Assembly (NCBI GenBank): GCA_035457725.1
Contig: DATIBC010000044.1
Location: 84,067 to 148,066 of the forward strand
Length of the DNA: 64,000 nucleotides
Reading direction: 5' to 3'
Source: Alphaproteobacteria bacterium
GTDB lineage: Bacteria; Pseudomonadota; Alphaproteobacteria; CACIAM-22H2
The notes beneath the pieces were generated by a model. The model was not told the DNA's origin. It made no database searches and worked only from the letters and a program-made list of their open reading frames with translations. Shown piece by piece: positions 11,436-22,267 of this stretch (the stretch's first letter is position 1; each line of letters starts with the position of its first letter). Made by a program: the position numbers and the translations under genes.

Positions 11436-11945
11436 TCACCTTTCTTTTTCAACAGGTTCTTTGAGCATGTTGAGCTCCGCCGCCGGCAGGTCGGCCGCCA
11501 GCTCGGAGGCGGTTTTGCGCTGCACCGGGTGGCGCCATTGGGGGGCGATCTCGGCGATTGGCGTCAGCACGAAACGGCGCAAATGGGCGCGCGCATGCGG
11601 CAGCGTTGGTCCCGGCGGCCCGTTGCGGATCATTCCGTGGTAGTCGATCAGATCGAGATCGAGCGTCCGCGCGGCGTTCGGCACGGTCCGCACGCGGCCA
11701 TATCTGCGTTCGAGCATGTGAAGCAACCGCAGCAAATCGTCGGCGGAACGCTCCGTCTCGACGACGGCGACGCCGTTTACATAATGCGGTTGATCGGCCG
11801 GCGGGTTGGGAGCCGACACATACCAGTGGGAGCGGCGCACGATCCGTACCGATTCACCCGCGAGGTCTACCAGTGCAGCCTCGAGCGTGGCGCGGGGCGG
11901 GCCCGCTTTGCTGGGCAAATTGGCGCCGAGGGCGATAAGGATCAT
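11436..11945 (-). CDS. folK: 2-amino-4-hydroxy-6-hydroxymethyldihydropteridine pyrophosphokinase (HPPK)
   Basis: 169 aa. ILIALGANL N-terminus and RTLDLDLI motif typical of FolK. Confidence 0.8.
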   Translation of the reverse strand: MILIALGANLPSKAGPPRATLEAALVDLAGESVRIVRRSHWYVSAPNPPADQPHYVNGVAVVETERSADDLLRLLHMLERRYGRVRTVPNAARTLDLDLIDYHGMIRNGPPGPTLPHARAHLRRFVLTPIAEIAPQWRHPVQRKTASELAADLPAAELNMLKEPVEKER

Positions 11946-12076
11946 TTCTTCCCCGCCGCCGGCCCTCCGGAGAATCTTGCTTGTTCGCCGGCCATGGCCT
12001 CGTTAAGTATTCAGGTAATTGGCTAACGCCCGACCTGGTCGGCGCACCTTATGTTCAAAGGTAAGGAGATACTGCA

Positions 12077-12670
12077 ATGACATTTTATCCGCAGGAGCGC
12101 CTTGGATTGTTCATCGACGGCGCAAATCTCTACTCCGCGGCGCGTACGCTTGGTTTTGAGATCGATTATCGACGGCTACTGACGTTGTTCTCGGGAAAGG
12201 GACGGTTGATCCGCGCTTTTTATTATACGGCGCTGATCGAGGACCAGGAGTATTCCCCGATCCGGCCGCTGATCGATTGGCTCGACTACAACGGCTACAC
12301 AATGGTGACCAAGCCGATCAAGGAGTTCACCGACGCGTACGGCAGACGGAAGATCAAGGGCAATATGGACATCGAACTCGCCATCGACATGCTGGAGATG
12401 GCGGACAAGCTCGATCATATCGTCTTGTTCTCGGGCGACGGCGATTTTCGGCGCCTGGTCGAAGCGGTTCAGCGCAAAGGCGTCCGTGTCAGCGTCGTGT
12501 CGACGATTCGCACTCAGCCGCCGATGGTGGCCGACGAATTGCGCCGGCAGGCCGATACCTTCATCGAACTCCAGGAACTGATGGCGCATATCCAACGCAA
12601 CGTCGAGCGGCGCGATATCGCAACGCCGGCCAATCCCGATCGCGTATACCAAGAGCGCGAGTCCGCCTGA
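12077..12670 (+). CDS. NYN (LabA-like) domain protein
   Basis: 197 aa. The GLFIDGANLY ... DGDF pattern of NYN/LabA PIN-like nucleases. Its GC content is lower than that of its neighbours. Confidence 0.65.
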   Translation: MTFYPQERLGLFIDGANLYSAARTLGFEIDYRRLLTLFSGKGRLIRAFYYTALIEDQEYSPIRPLIDWLDYNGYTMVTKPIKEFTDAYGRRKIKGNMDIELAIDMLEMADKLDHIVLFSGDGDFRRLVEAVQRKGVRVSVVSTIRTQPPMVADELRRQADTFIELQELMAHIQRNVERRDIATPANPDRVYQERESA

Positions 12671-13365
12671 GCGCGACTGTTTCTCCCGAGGCGCCTGGCC
12701 GGGATTGCCCGCGCTGCGCGCGGCTGGCTCGATTTCGCGGCGAAAATCGCGCGCGATTTCCCCTGTGGCACAACGCTCCTGTGCCAAGCTTCGGCGCGAT
12801 CGATGCACGCCTACTGATAGTGGGCCTGGCGCCGGGGCTGCGCGGCGCAAATCGCTCGGGCCGGCCCTTCACGGGCGATTTCGCCGGCGATCTGCTGTTT
12901 CCAGCGCTGATCAGACATGGCTTCGCCGCGGGCGAATACGCCGCCGGGCGCGATGACGACGCTTGGACGGGCGACCACCTGACCTTGACGGCGGCGCGCA
13001 TCACCAATGCGGTGCGCTGCGTGCCACCGCAAAACAAGCCGCTGCCGGTCGAAGTGCGAACCTGCCGCCCCTTCCTCGTCGCCGAGATGGCGGCGATGCC
13101 GAACCTGCGGGTGATCCTGGCGCTCGGTCGCGTCGCCCACGATGCGGTGCTCGGAGCGCTCGACGTCCGCAAGCGAAAATATCCCTTCGTGCACGGCGCG
13201 CTGCATGAACTGACCTCCGCGCTGACGATGGCCGACAGCTATCATTGCTCGCGCTACAACACCAATACCGGCGTCTTGACGCCGGCGATGTTCGAGATGG
13301 TGATCGCCCGTTTGGGCGAGGTTTGCCTTGCGCCGAAAAAGCGCGAGAAAGACGCCAGGATGTGA
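12667..13365 (+). CDS. Uracil-DNA glycosylase family 4 protein (no canonical start codon visible)
   Basis: The family-4 UDG N-terminal CPRC motif follows directly after the NYN stop in frame 1, together with motif GLAPG ... FTGD. There is no ATG, GTG or TTG between the NYN stop and the CPRC motif, so the start shown (CTG at 12667) is provisional. Confidence 0.55.
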   Translation: MSATVSPEAPGRDCPRCARLARFRGENRARFPLWHNAPVPSFGAIDARLLIVGLAPGLRGANRSGRPFTGDFAGDLLFPALIRHGFAAGEYAAGRDDDAWTGDHLTLTAARITNAVRCVPPQNKPLPVEVRTCRPFLVAEMAAMPNLRVILALGRVAHDAVLGALDVRKRKYPFVHGALHELTSALTMADSYHCSRYNTNTGVLTPAMFEMVIARLGEVCLAPKKREKDARM

Positions 13366-13375
13366 GTGGGCGGCA

Positions 13376-14122
13376 TTGAGCAAGGTCGTGTTGATTACTG
13401 GCGGAAGCCGCGGCATCGGCCGGGCGACGGCCGTTCTTGCCGGCTCGCGCGGTTGGACCGTCGCGGTAAATTTCACCGCCAATGCCGAAGCCGCGGCGGA
13501 TGCCGTCGCCGAGATAGAAAGCGCCGGCGGGCGCGCCATCGCCATCCGCGCCGATGTTTCGCGCGAGGACGACGTGGTCGCGATGTTCGAATCGATCGAC
13601 CGCTCGTTCGGCGCGCTCGACGGCTTGGTCAACAACGCCGGCATCGTCGCGCCGGCCCTGCCGCTCGCCGAAATGAGCGCCGAACGCCTGATGCGGGTAT
13701 TCGCGGTCAATATCTATGGCGCCTATCTATGCGCGCGCGAGGCCGCTCGGCGAATGTCGACTGGAAGCGGCGGCCATGGCGGCGCGATCGTGAACGTCTC
13801 GTCCGCCGCAGCGCGCCTCGGCTCGCCCAACGAGTACGTAGACTATGCCGGCTCCAAGGGCGCCATCGATACGATGACCATCGGACTGTCCAAGGAACTC
13901 GCTCCGCACGGAATCCGCGTCAACGCGGTCCGCCCTGGCCTGATCGATACCGACATTCATGCCAGCGGCGGGCGGCCCGACCGTGCGGCGGTACTAGGCG
14001 CGACGACGCCGCTCGGCCGGGCCGGCGCCGCCGCGGAGGTCGCCGAGGCGATCGTCTGGCTGCTGAGCGACGCCGCGTCCTATGTCAACGGCGCGCTCGT
14101 CGACGTCGCCGGCGGGCGCTGA
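13376..14122 (+). CDS. SDR family oxidoreductase
   Basis: TGGSRGIG Rossmann motif, NNAG, and the catalytic YxxxK (YAGSKGA). The start is set at TTG 13376 (MSKVVLITGG). The ORF track uses 13328. Confidence 0.75.
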   Translation: MSKVVLITGGSRGIGRATAVLAGSRGWTVAVNFTANAEAAADAVAEIESAGGRAIAIRADVSREDDVVAMFESIDRSFGALDGLVNNAGIVAPALPLAEMSAERLMRVFAVNIYGAYLCAREAARRMSTGSGGHGGAIVNVSSAAARLGSPNEYVDYAGSKGAIDTMTIGLSKELAPHGIRVNAVRPGLIDTDIHASGGRPDRAAVLGATTPLGRAGAAAEVAEAIVWLLSDAASYVNGALVDVAGGR

Positions 14123-14125
14123 CTT

Positions 14126-14144
14126 CGGTTAGGCGAACTAACCG
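14126..14144. terminator. Hairpin (CGGTTAG-GCGAA-CTAACCG) between the convergent SDR and smpB genes
   Basis: Perfect 7-bp stem with a 5-nt loop. It overlaps the smpB stop codon. No obvious U-tract is present, so its function as a terminator is uncertain. Confidence 0.3.
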
Positions 14145-14608
14145 CGGGAGCGCAACAATCGCGCGCGCTCGCGGCTCCAATCGCGGGCCTTCTCGGTTTC
14201 GCGTTTGTCGAATTTCTTTTTGCCCTTGGCGAGCCCAAGTTCGACCTTAGCGCGGCCCTGCTGATTGAAGTAGATCGATAGCGGCACCAAGGTGCGCCCC
14301 TCGCGCTCCACCGCGCCGATGAGCTTGTTCAGTTCGCGCTTGTGGACGAGCAGCTTGCGCGGCCGTTTTGGCGCGTGATTGAAACGGTTGCCGCCCGCAT
14401 ATTCGGGGATATGCGCGTTCATCAGCCAGAGCTCGCCCTTCGCCACATCGGCATAGGCGTCGGTGAGTTGGCATCCGCCGGAGCGCAACGACTTCACTTC
14501 CGTGCCGAGAAGCGCGATCCCCGCTTCGAGCTTGTCCTCGATGAAGTAGTCATGGCGCGCCTTGCGGTTTTGCGCCGCGATCTTGATGCCCGCAGGCGAT
14601 TTCGCCAT
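14138..14608 (-). CDS. smpB: SsrA-binding protein
   Basis: 156 aa. A(Q)NRKARHDY ... LLGTEVKS signature and a basic C-terminal tail. Confidence 0.9.
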   Translation of the reverse strand: MAKSPAGIKIAAQNRKARHDYFIEDKLEAGIALLGTEVKSLRSGGCQLTDAYADVAKGELWLMNAHIPEYAGGNRFNHAPKRPRKLLVHKRELNKLIGAVEREGRTLVPLSIYFNQQGRAKVELGLAKGKKKFDKRETEKARDWSRERARLLRSRG

Positions 14609-14615
14609 CCCGGGC

Positions 14616-15497
14616 CTAAAGCAGACCGGCGTTCTTCATCGCGGCGGCGACGCGCGCGCGCACGGGCTCCGATACGGGGGCCAGGGGCAGGCGAACGTCG
14701 GCTTCGCATTTCCCGAGCAGCGAGGCCGCGAATTTTACCGGCGCGGGGCTGGTCTCGAGGAACAGCGCCTCGTGCAACGGCATCAAGCGATCGCGCAATT
14801 TCGCCATGGTCCTGAGATCGCCCGCTTGCCATGCTTGGTGCATCTGCGCGCAGATCCTCGGCGCGACGTTGGCGGTTACCGAGATGCATCCGTGTCCGCC
14901 TTGCGCAAGATAGGCGGTTGCAGTGGCGTCCTCGCCCGACAACTGGCAGAACTTCGGGCCGATCGTGAGTTTGGTCTTGAGCGGCCGCGTCAGATCGTTG
15001 GTGGCATCCTTTACGCCGATGATGTTCGAGCAGTCCTTCGCCAACCGTCCCATCGTCTCCACGCTCATGTCGATGACGCAGCGCGGCGGAATGTTGTAGA
15101 TGATGATCGGAATGTCGACCGCATCGGCGATCGCCTTGTAATGGCGATAAAGCCCCTCTTGGGTCGGCTTGTTGTAATAGGGAGTGACGATCAACGCCGC
15201 ATCGGCGCCGGCCTTCTTGGCGTGCTTGGTGAGCGCAATTGCCTCCGCCGTCGAGTTCGAGCCGGCGCCCGCCACGACCGGTACCCGGCCGCGAGCGACC
15301 TCGACGCATAGTTCGACGACCCGCCGGTGCTCGTCGTGCGACAGCGTTGGCGACTCGCCGGTGGTTCCACACGGGACCAAACCGTGCGTGCCCTGCTTGA
15401 TCTGCCAATCGACGAACTTTTGGAACCCTTTCGCGTCCACCGCGCCGTCCTTGAATGGCGAGATCAGCGCGACGAACGATCCCTTGAACATCGTCAT
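14616..15497 (-). CDS. dapA: 4-hydroxy-tetrahydrodipicolinate synthase
   Basis: The internal ATG at 15497 gives [15 protein letters not shown]... 292 aa with the GTTGE motif and a Lys-containing IIYNIP region. The upstream ORF extension was rejected. Confidence 0.9.
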   Translation of the reverse strand: MTMFKGSFVALISPFKDGAVDAKGFQKFVDWQIKQGTHGLVPCGTTGESPTLSHDEHRRVVELCVEVARGRVPVVAGAGSNSTAEAIALTKHAKKAGADAALIVTPYYNKPTQEGLYRHYKAIADAVDIPIIIYNIPPRCVIDMSVETMGRLAKDCSNIIGVKDATNDLTRPLKTKLTIGPKFCQLSGEDATATAYLAQGGHGCISVTANVAPRICAQMHQAWQAGDLRTMAKLRDRLMPLHEALFLETSPAPVKFAASLLGKCEADVRLPLAPVSEPVRARVAAAMKNAGLL

Positions 15498-15649
15498 TTT
15501 CTCCTTTTGCGGCCCGCATCGAGGCGATCGGTCGGCACTTTTTCGCATCCGATCGAGGCGCGTTTGCCCGACATTAACCAAGCCATTGTAGCCTCGCAAC
15601 CACGAGCCCGCCCGCAGATGCGCCCCTTGCGCTGGACGGAAGGGCCAGC

Positions 15650-17698
15650 ATGGTTAGAATTGGCCCTATGACCGCACCTCCGATCCGTCTTGGGATTGCG
15701 CTGGCCGGGTTGGCCCTGGCGACGTTCGCCATCGAAGCCCCGCCCGCCCAGGCGCAGCGGGCGGCGCAGGCGCAGACCCCGATCGCCGCGGCGGCGCGCG
15801 CGCTCCCCACCCTGCTTAGCGGCTTGGAGCGCGATTTGCTGGCCCGTGCCTACGCAGCCAGCGAGGCCGGCCGCCGCGAGGAGGCGCGACGGCTTGCCTC
15901 CCAGTCCAACGAAGCGTTGGCGCACGACCTTTTCCTTTGGCTCGACCTCCAGGAGCCGCGCAACGGCGTATCGTTCGACGACATCGTCGAATTCCTGGTC
16001 GCAAATCCGGATTTTCCCGCCGAAGATGTTCTGATGCGGCGCGCCGAGGAAGCCGCACTCGATCGGCTCGACGACCGCACGGTGCTGGCATGGTTCGGCG
16101 ATCGCCTGCCGTTGACCAGCGACGGCGCGTTCCGCCTCGCCGCGGCACTGCTCAACGCCGGCCTAACCGACCGGGCGCGCGTCATCGTAAAAGACAGCTG
16201 GTCGCGTCATGGGTTCGGCGCACAGCAGGAAATCCATTTCCTGCGCCGCTACGGCCTCTTCCTCGGTCCGACCGATCATTGGACGCGGCTCGACAACCTT
16301 CTTTGGGACGACCGGCGCGACGAAGCGCGGCGAATGCTGGGCCGCGTCGATGGCGAGCGACGCGCACTAGCCGAGGCGCGTATCGCGCTGGCGGCGCGTT
16401 CGCCGGGCGTCGATGCCCGCGTGCGCCGCGTCCCGGGCAAGTACGTCAACGATCCGGGGCTGGTGTTCGAGCGCACGCGCTGGCACCGCCGTAAAGGCAA
16501 TGACGATGTCGCGTTCGAGCTGCTTCGCAACGCACCGCGCAACCTCGGTCGGGCCGAGGCATGGTGGCCCGAGCGCCAGCTGATCGCACGGCGGCTGCTT
16601 GCCGCGGGCAAGGTTCATGAAGCCTATCCGATCGTGCGCGATCACCGGCTTTTGCCAGGTGTAGCCTACGCCGAGGCCGAATTCCTCGCCGGATGGATTG
16701 CATTGCGTCGCCTGAACGACGGGAAAGCTGCGCTGCAGCATTTCATTCGGCTCCACGATTCAGCGCGCCTGCCGGTGACGCGTGCACGCGGCGCGTATTG
16801 GGCCGGCCGCGCCGCCGAAGCCCTCGGCGAGACGCGCCCGGCGATGATCTGGTATCGCCGTGCGGCCGATTACCACATCACGTTTTACGGCCAGGTCGCC
16901 GCCGCGCGGCTCGGACCAGGGGTCTCCGGCGACATCATTGTCCGCAAGCGGCCGACCGAGGCCGAGCGCGAAGCCTTCCTCAATCATAAATTGACCCGCG
17001 CGGCGCGCATTCTGCATGAAATCGGCGCCGCCGACCGCGTCAAACCGTTCATTCTGCGCCACGTCGCCCTGGCCCGCAGTCCGGTCGAACACGCAATGGC
17101 GGCGGAATTGGCGCTGGCGCTTGGCCGACCCGACTTGGCGGTCTCGGCGTCGAAACGCTCGACCCAGATCGCCGGTCTGATGCTGGATGATCTCGGCTGG
17201 CCGGTGATTCCGATGGCCGCCGATGGCCGCCCCGAGCCGCCGTTGGTGCTGGCGACGATCCGCCAGGAAAGTGCCTTCGAGACCGACGCGGTGAGCCGGG
17301 CCGGCGCGCGGGGGCTCATGCAGCTGCTGCCTTCGACAGCCAGGGCGGTGGCGCGCGATCTTGGCGTCGGCCGTTATCGCGACGATCGCCTGCTCAACGA
17401 TCCGGCTTTCAATCTACAGCTCGGACGCGCCTTTCTCGCCCGGCAGATCGATGATTTCGGCGGTTCCTACCTCCTGGCGCTAGCCGCTTACAATGCCGGC
17501 CCGAGCCGGGCGCGGGCGTGGATGCGCGATTTCGGCGACCCGCGCGATCGGGCGGTTGACCCGATCGACTGGATTGAATCGATTCCCTTCGAGGAGACCC
17601 GCAACTACATTCAGCGCGTGCTGGAGAATCTGCAGGTCTACCGACAATTGCTGGACAACAACGCCTCAGGCCGTACGATTGCCCACGACCTGCGCTAA
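15650..17698 (+). CDS. Soluble lytic murein transglycosylase (Slt family)
   Basis: 682 aa. N-terminal signal peptide, a superhelical repeat region, and a C-terminal SLT catalytic domain ([20 protein letters not shown]). Confidence 0.8.
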   Translation: MVRIGPMTAPPIRLGIALAGLALATFAIEAPPAQAQRAAQAQTPIAAAARALPTLLSGLERDLLARAYAASEAGRREEARRLASQSNEALAHDLFLWLDLQEPRNGVSFDDIVEFLVANPDFPAEDVLMRRAEEAALDRLDDRTVLAWFGDRLPLTSDGAFRLAAALLNAGLTDRARVIVKDSWSRHGFGAQQEIHFLRRYGLFLGPTDHWTRLDNLLWDDRRDEARRMLGRVDGERRALAEARIALAARSPGVDARVRRVPGKYVNDPGLVFERTRWHRRKGNDDVAFELLRNAPRNLGRAEAWWPERQLIARRLLAAGKVHEAYPIVRDHRLLPGVAYAEAEFLAGWIALRRLNDGKAALQHFIRLHDSARLPVTRARGAYWAGRAAEALGETRPAMIWYRRAADYHITFYGQVAAARLGPGVSGDIIVRKRPTEAEREAFLNHKLTRAARILHEIGAADRVKPFILRHVALARSPVEHAMAAELALALGRPDLAVSASKRSTQIAGLMLDDLGWPVIPMAADGRPEPPLVLATIRQESAFETDAVSRAGARGLMQLLPSTARAVARDLGVGRYRDDRLLNDPAFNLQLGRAFLARQIDDFGGSYLLALAAYNAGPSRARAWMRDFGDPRDRAVDPIDWIESIPFEETRNYIQRVLENLQVYRQLLDNNASGRTIAHDLR

Positions 17699-17735
17699 GC
17701 AGGCCGCACGTCCAGCAACAAGGAATCACGGGAAC

Positions 17736-18428
17736 ATGGCGAGCGACCACAAGATCACCGATATCGACGCGTGCGTGTTCGACGCGTACGGAACGCTATT
17801 CGACTACGCTTCGGCTGCCGCGCGTTGCCGGGACGCGCTGGGCGCCGATTGGCAGAAACTCTCCGAACTATGGCGGCGAAAGCAGCTCGAATACACCTGG
17901 TTGCGCAGCCTGATGGGCCGCCACGCCGATTTCTGGCACGTTACGGGCGAGAGCCTCGACTACGCGCTGGCCGTGCTCAAGCGCGAGGACCCGGCGCTGC
18001 GCGCGCTGCTGATGCAACAGTTTCTCAGCCTCGATGCCTTCCCCGAAGTCGGCCGCGTCTTGAAGACATTGAAGGATCACGGGGTGAAGACGGCGATCTT
18101 GTCCAATGGCTCGCCCACGATGCTAACCGCGGCGCTCAACAGCTCCGGCATTTCACGGCTCGTCGACGCCGCGCTATCGGTCGAGAGCGCCGGCATCTTC
18201 AAGCCGCACCCGACCGTCTATCAGCTTGTGGTCGACCGCTTCGCGACGGCGGTCAACCGAATTTGTTTTTTCTCCTCCAACGGCTGGGATGCCTGTGGCG
18301 CGGCGGCGTTCGGCTTGCGCGCCGTCTGGGTCAACCGTTATGGCCAGCCGGTTGAGCGCCTGCCGGTCGGGCCCGAGGTGACGCTTACGACCCTCGACGA
18401 AGTGCCGAAGCTGCTCGGCCTCGGATGA
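17736..18428 (+). CDS. Haloacid dehalogenase type II (HAD superfamily)
   Basis: The ATG at 17736 gives MASDHKITDIDACVFDAYGTLFD (nucleophile Asp motif of L-2-haloacid dehalogenases). 230 aa. Confidence 0.75.
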   Translation: MASDHKITDIDACVFDAYGTLFDYASAAARCRDALGADWQKLSELWRRKQLEYTWLRSLMGRHADFWHVTGESLDYALAVLKREDPALRALLMQQFLSLDAFPEVGRVLKTLKDHGVKTAILSNGSPTMLTAALNSSGISRLVDAALSVESAGIFKPHPTVYQLVVDRFATAVNRICFFSSNGWDACGAAAFGLRAVWVNRYGQPVERLPVGPEVTLTTLDEVPKLLGLG

Positions 18429-19288
18429 GCGAGGGCGAGCAGCGGGAGCGGTACTACACGACCTTCGACGGGCTGCGTTTGTTCTTTCGCGACTGGGGCG
18501 ACACGGCGGCCGACGATGCGCCGGTTCTCTGTCTGCCGGGCCTGACGCGCAATTCGAAGGACTTCGATCGCATGGCAGGTCGACTATCGCGGCGCCGGCG
18601 CGTCGTCGCGCCCGACTTGCGCGGCCGCGGACGCTCGGCCTATGCACGCGACTGGCGCAGTTACCAGCCGAGGGTCTATCTCGAAGACGTACGGCACCTG
18701 TTGGCGGCGCTCGGGATCGGCCGCGTCATCGTCGTCGGGACATCGATGGGCGGCCTGCTGGGGTTGGCGCTTGCTGTCGCTCTCCCCGGAGCGATACGGG
18801 GCCTCGTGATCAATGACGTCGGCCCCGAGGTCGACCAGGCCGGATCCAGGCGCATTCTCGCCTACATCTCGACCGATCGACCGCAGCCCGACTGGCCGAG
18901 CGCTGCCGCGCATCTGCGCCAACTCTTGCCGACGTTGTCGCTAAAATCCGACGAGGAATGGCTCGAGTTCGCCCACCACACGTTTCGCGAGGGCGACGAT
19001 GGAATGTTGCACTTCGATTGGGATGTAAATCTCGCCAAGCCGATCGCCGCCGGAAAGGGCGGCGCCGAGGAAGGCGATTTGTGGCGGTTGTGGCGGGCGG
19101 TGCGGCGTATTCCGACGCTTGTCATTCGCGGCGGCGTGTCGGATATCCTTTCCGAGGCGACGTTCGCGCGCATGAAGGCCGAGAAGCCGGACCTCGATCA
19201 GGTCACGGTCCCAGGCGTCGGGCACGCGCCGACCCTCGACGAACCGGAGTGCCGCGAGGCCCTTGATGCGTTCTTCCGCCGCCTCTGA
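18425..19288 (+). CDS. Alpha/beta-fold hydrolase
   Basis: 287 aa. Nucleophile elbow GTSMGG and a C-terminal His region (PGVGHAP). It overlaps the HAD stop by 4 nt. Confidence 0.75.
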   Translation: MSEGEQRERYYTTFDGLRLFFRDWGDTAADDAPVLCLPGLTRNSKDFDRMAGRLSRRRRVVAPDLRGRGRSAYARDWRSYQPRVYLEDVRHLLAALGIGRVIVVGTSMGGLLGLALAVALPGAIRGLVINDVGPEVDQAGSRRILAYISTDRPQPDWPSAAAHLRQLLPTLSLKSDEEWLEFAHHTFREGDDGMLHFDWDVNLAKPIAAGKGGAEEGDLWRLWRAVRRIPTLVIRGGVSDILSEATFARMKAEKPDLDQVTVPGVGHAPTLDEPECREALDAFFRRL

Positions 19289-20270
19289 GCGGGCGCCACC
19301 GCCGACCCTCGCCGACGTCGAAAATGCGGCGCGACGGCTCGAAGGGGTCGCCGTCCGCACTCCTCTGCTCGAATCGCCGCTGCTCAACGCCCAGCTTGGC
19401 GGCCGATTGTTGGTCAAGGCGGAAGCGCTGCAGCGTACCGGCTCGTTCAAAATCCGCGGCGCCTACAATCGTCTGTCGTGCCTAAAGCCGGCGCAGCGCG
19501 CCGCCGGCGTCGTCGCCTATTCCTCGGGAAATCACGCCCAAGGCGTGGCGCATGCCGCCCAGCTACTTGGAATGCCGGCGACCATCGTCATGCCGGCCGA
19601 CGCGCCGGCGCTGAAGGTCGCGAACACTCGCGCCTATGGCGCCGAGGTCGTGCTCTACGACCGCTACCGGGAAAGCCGCGAGGCGATCGGTGAACGCCTG
19701 GGGCGCGAGCGTGGCGCGGTCGTCGTTCCGCCATTCGACGATCCGCACATAATCGCCGGACAGGGCACAGTCGGTCTCGAAATCGCTGACCAAGCCTCCG
19801 CCATGGGCGCCCGACTCGACACCGTGCTCGCGGCGGCGAGCGGCGGCGGCTTGGTGGCCGGCATCGCATTGGCAGTCGCCGCCAAGTCGCCCGGAACCAA
19901 GATCTATTGCGCCGAGCCTTCGGCGCTCGACGACCACGCGCGTTCGCTCGCGAGCGGCCGCCGTGAATCGAACGATCCGGCCGCACGCTCGATTTGCGAT
20001 GCGTTGATGGCGCCAACGCCCGGCGAGATCACATTCGCCGTTAACTCGCGTCTTCTCGCCGGCGGCGTCGTCGCCAGCGACGACGAGGTCAAGCGCGCCA
20101 TGGCGATCGCCTTTCAGCACTTCAAGCTGGTCGTGGAGCCCGGCGGCGCGGTCGCCCTGGCGGCCGTTCTGCATGGCCGGGTGGCGATCGCCGGACGGAC
20201 GATCGCTGTCGTCGCCTCGGGCGGCAATGTCGACGTTGCGGCCTATCGCGACGCATTGCTGACGGCCTGA
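19263..20270 (+). CDS. PLP-dependent threonine/serine dehydratase-like enzyme (fold type II)
   Basis: 335 aa. A Lys in the SFKIRGA PLP-binding motif and glycine-rich GGGL loops. It is the size of a catabolic threonine dehydratase or serine racemase. Confidence 0.75.
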   Translation: MMRSSAASERAPPPTLADVENAARRLEGVAVRTPLLESPLLNAQLGGRLLVKAEALQRTGSFKIRGAYNRLSCLKPAQRAAGVVAYSSGNHAQGVAHAAQLLGMPATIVMPADAPALKVANTRAYGAEVVLYDRYRESREAIGERLGRERGAVVVPPFDDPHIIAGQGTVGLEIADQASAMGARLDTVLAAASGGGLVAGIALAVAAKSPGTKIYCAEPSALDDHARSLASGRRESNDPAARSICDALMAPTPGEITFAVNSRLLAGGVVASDDEVKRAMAIAFQHFKLVVEPGGAVALAAVLHGRVAIAGRTIAVVASGGNVDVAAYRDALLTA

Positions 20271-20273
20271 CCC

Positions 20274-21182
20274 GTGCCGCGCGACACCCCGAGCGCGCGA
20301 CTGCGCCGCGAGACCGTTATCGGTCTCTCCTGCGCGTTCCTGACATTGCTCATTTGGGCAGGCTTCACGATCATCACGCGCCACGGCGCCACCACGACGC
20401 TGGCCCCGGTCGACCTCGCGTTTCTCCGCTTCGCGGTTTCGGGCGCGATCGTAGCACCGTGGGCGATCAGGTACGGCTTCGGCGGCGTTGCATGGCCGCG
20501 GATGCTGGCTTTGGCCGTGACCGCCGGACTCGGCTTCGGCCTCCTCGCCTTCTCCGGATTCACTTTCGCGCCCGCGGCGCATGGCGCCGCGCTCATGCCG
20601 GGCGTATTGCCGCTGTGGACCGCCGGCCTCGCGGCGCTCATGCTGGGCGAGCGGTTCGGGCCGTTGAAGACGGCCGGCCTCGTACTGGTCCTCGGCGGCA
20701 TCGCCTGCATCGCCGCCGAAAGCGTCCTTGGCGACGGCCTCGAATATTGGCGCGGCGACGCCTTGTTTCTTGCCGCGTCGTTGTCGTGGGCGCTGTACAC
20801 CGTCGCCGCGCGCGCCTGGAACATCCGACCGATGCAGGCCGCGGCGATCGTCTATGTCGTTTCGGTGTTTCTCTACTTGCCGGTCTACTTCTTGTTTCTC
20901 GACGGCCGGCTGTTCGCGGCGCCGATCCGGGACATCGTCGTCCACGGGATTTATCAGGGCGCGCTGGCGACGGTCGTCTCGATCGTGCTGTTCACGCGCG
21001 CCGTCGTCGCCCTCGGCGCCGCATCGACGACGATGGTGACTTCCGCGGTACCGGGCGTGGTGACCATCGCGGCAATTCCCCTGCTGGACGAAATCCCGAG
21101 CCGGTTGACGGTCGCCGGGGTGTGCCTGGTCAGCGCCGGAGTAATCGCCACGGTATTCGCGCTCCGCGTCAGGAGTGCGTGA
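20274..21182 (+). CDS. DMT-superfamily (EamA-like) transporter
   Basis: 302 aa with 10 predicted TM helices arranged as two EamA-like halves. It starts 3 nt after the dehydratase stop. Confidence 0.7.
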   Translation: MPRDTPSARLRRETVIGLSCAFLTLLIWAGFTIITRHGATTTLAPVDLAFLRFAVSGAIVAPWAIRYGFGGVAWPRMLALAVTAGLGFGLLAFSGFTFAPAAHGAALMPGVLPLWTAGLAALMLGERFGPLKTAGLVLVLGGIACIAAESVLGDGLEYWRGDALFLAASLSWALYTVAARAWNIRPMQAAAIVYVVSVFLYLPVYFLFLDGRLFAAPIRDIVVHGIYQGALATVVSIVLFTRAVVALGAASTTMVTSAVPGVVTIAAIPLLDEIPSRLTVAGVCLVSAGVIATVFALRVRSA

Positions 21183-21193
21183 GACGAAATGCA

Positions 21194-22267
21194 ATGGTCA
21201 AGCCGTCGCAAATTGTGGTCGAAAACACGGGCGAAGGTTTCGTCTGCCCGGCGGACGCGATTTTGCTCGATGCGGCGCTCGCCGCCGGTCTGCACATGCC
21301 GCACAATTGCCGCGGCGGCGCCTGCGGCACATGCAAGGCGCGGATCCTCGAGGGCGAGGTCGACCACGGATGGGTCATGACCTTCGCCATCAGCGACGAG
21401 GAGAAGGCCGAAGGCTTCTGTCTCGCCTGCCAATCCCGGCCACTGTCGGCCAGTCTGCGGCTGGAAATGGTCAACCCGATGATCGCCCGCGCGGTAAGCG
21501 AAGTGGCGATCACGCCCGCCGAATATTCCGTCGACGTCCTGGCCGCGCAAAAGGTGACGCCGAGCGTGCTTCGTCTCGTCGTTGCTTTGCCGCGCACCGC
21601 CCGTTTCCGCTATCGCGCCGGCATGAACATGGAGTTCATCCTGCGCGATCTCGACCAGCCGCGCCCCTACTCGATCGCCAATGCTCCCGACGGCGACGGC
21701 GCAGCCCCGGACGGCCAGCTCGAGTTCTTCATCACCCGGCATCAGGAGGGCTTGGCCAGCGGCTGGCTTCATCGCCACGCGGCGCCTGCGGCGAGCTTGG
21801 GGATCCGCGGGCCCTATGGCGAGTTCCGCCTGCCGCCCGATCGTAACGCCCCCGTCCTCGCCCTCGCCGGCGGCACCGGTCTATCGCCGATCTTGTCGCT
21901 GCTCGAAAGCGAACTTCGCGCGGGATTGCCGGATCCGGTCGATCTGGAGTTCTCGGTTCGCGACCGGAGCGAGGCGTTCGCGCTCGAGAGACTGGCCGCG
22001 CTTGAGCGCCGCTTTGGAAGTTTCCGATTTCGTATCACGCTGACGCGCGAGCGTGTCGCGCCCGATGGGTGGACAACCGGCCGCATCCCGGCGCTGCTCG
22101 CGGCCGAGAGCCGCGATTTGTCCCGTCACATCGTCCTAATCGCCGGCCCGCCCGGTTTCGTCGACGATTGCGCGGAAGCAGTCGGTCGCTTGGGCGCCTT
22201 GGCCGATCGCGTGAAGACCGATTCGTTCCTGCCGCGCGCGCCGGGCGCTAGGCCGGGTTTCGGCTGA
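21194..22267 (+). CDS. 2Fe-2S ferredoxin / FAD-NAD(P)H oxidoreductase fusion (MmoC/BenC-type reductase)
   Basis: The ATG at 21194 gives 357 aa. The N-terminal plant-type ferredoxin Cys cluster is CRGGACGTC...C, followed by the FNR-like RPYSIA(N) FAD motif and GGTGLSP NAD motif. The 280-aa N-terminal extension of the 637-aa ORF overlaps the DMT gene in another frame and was rejected. Confidence 0.8.
   Translation: MVKPSQIVVENTGEGFVCPADAILLDAALAAGLHMPHNCRGGACGTCKARILEGEVDHGWVMTFAISDEEKAEGFCLACQSRPLSASLRLEMVNPMIARAVSEVAITPAEYSVDVLAAQKVTPSVLRLVVALPRTARFRYRAGMNMEFILRDLDQPRPYSIANAPDGDGAAPDGQLEFFITRHQEGLASGWLHRHAAPAASLGIRGPYGEFRLPPDRNAPVLALAGGTGLSPILSLLESELRAGLPDPVDLEFSVRDRSEAFALERLAALERRFGSFRFRITLTRERVAPDGWTTGRIPALLAAESRDLSRHIVLIAGPPGFVDDCAEAVGRLGALADRVKTDSFLPRAPGARPGFG

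Noticed and set aside
20354-21193. N-terminal 280 codons of the 637-aa ORF that contains the Fd-FNR reductase
   Set aside because: In this frame the region overlaps the DMT transporter gene and translates to an Arg/Gly-rich nonsense sequence. The reductase homology begins exactly at ATG 21194 (MVKPSQIVVENTGEGFVCPADA).
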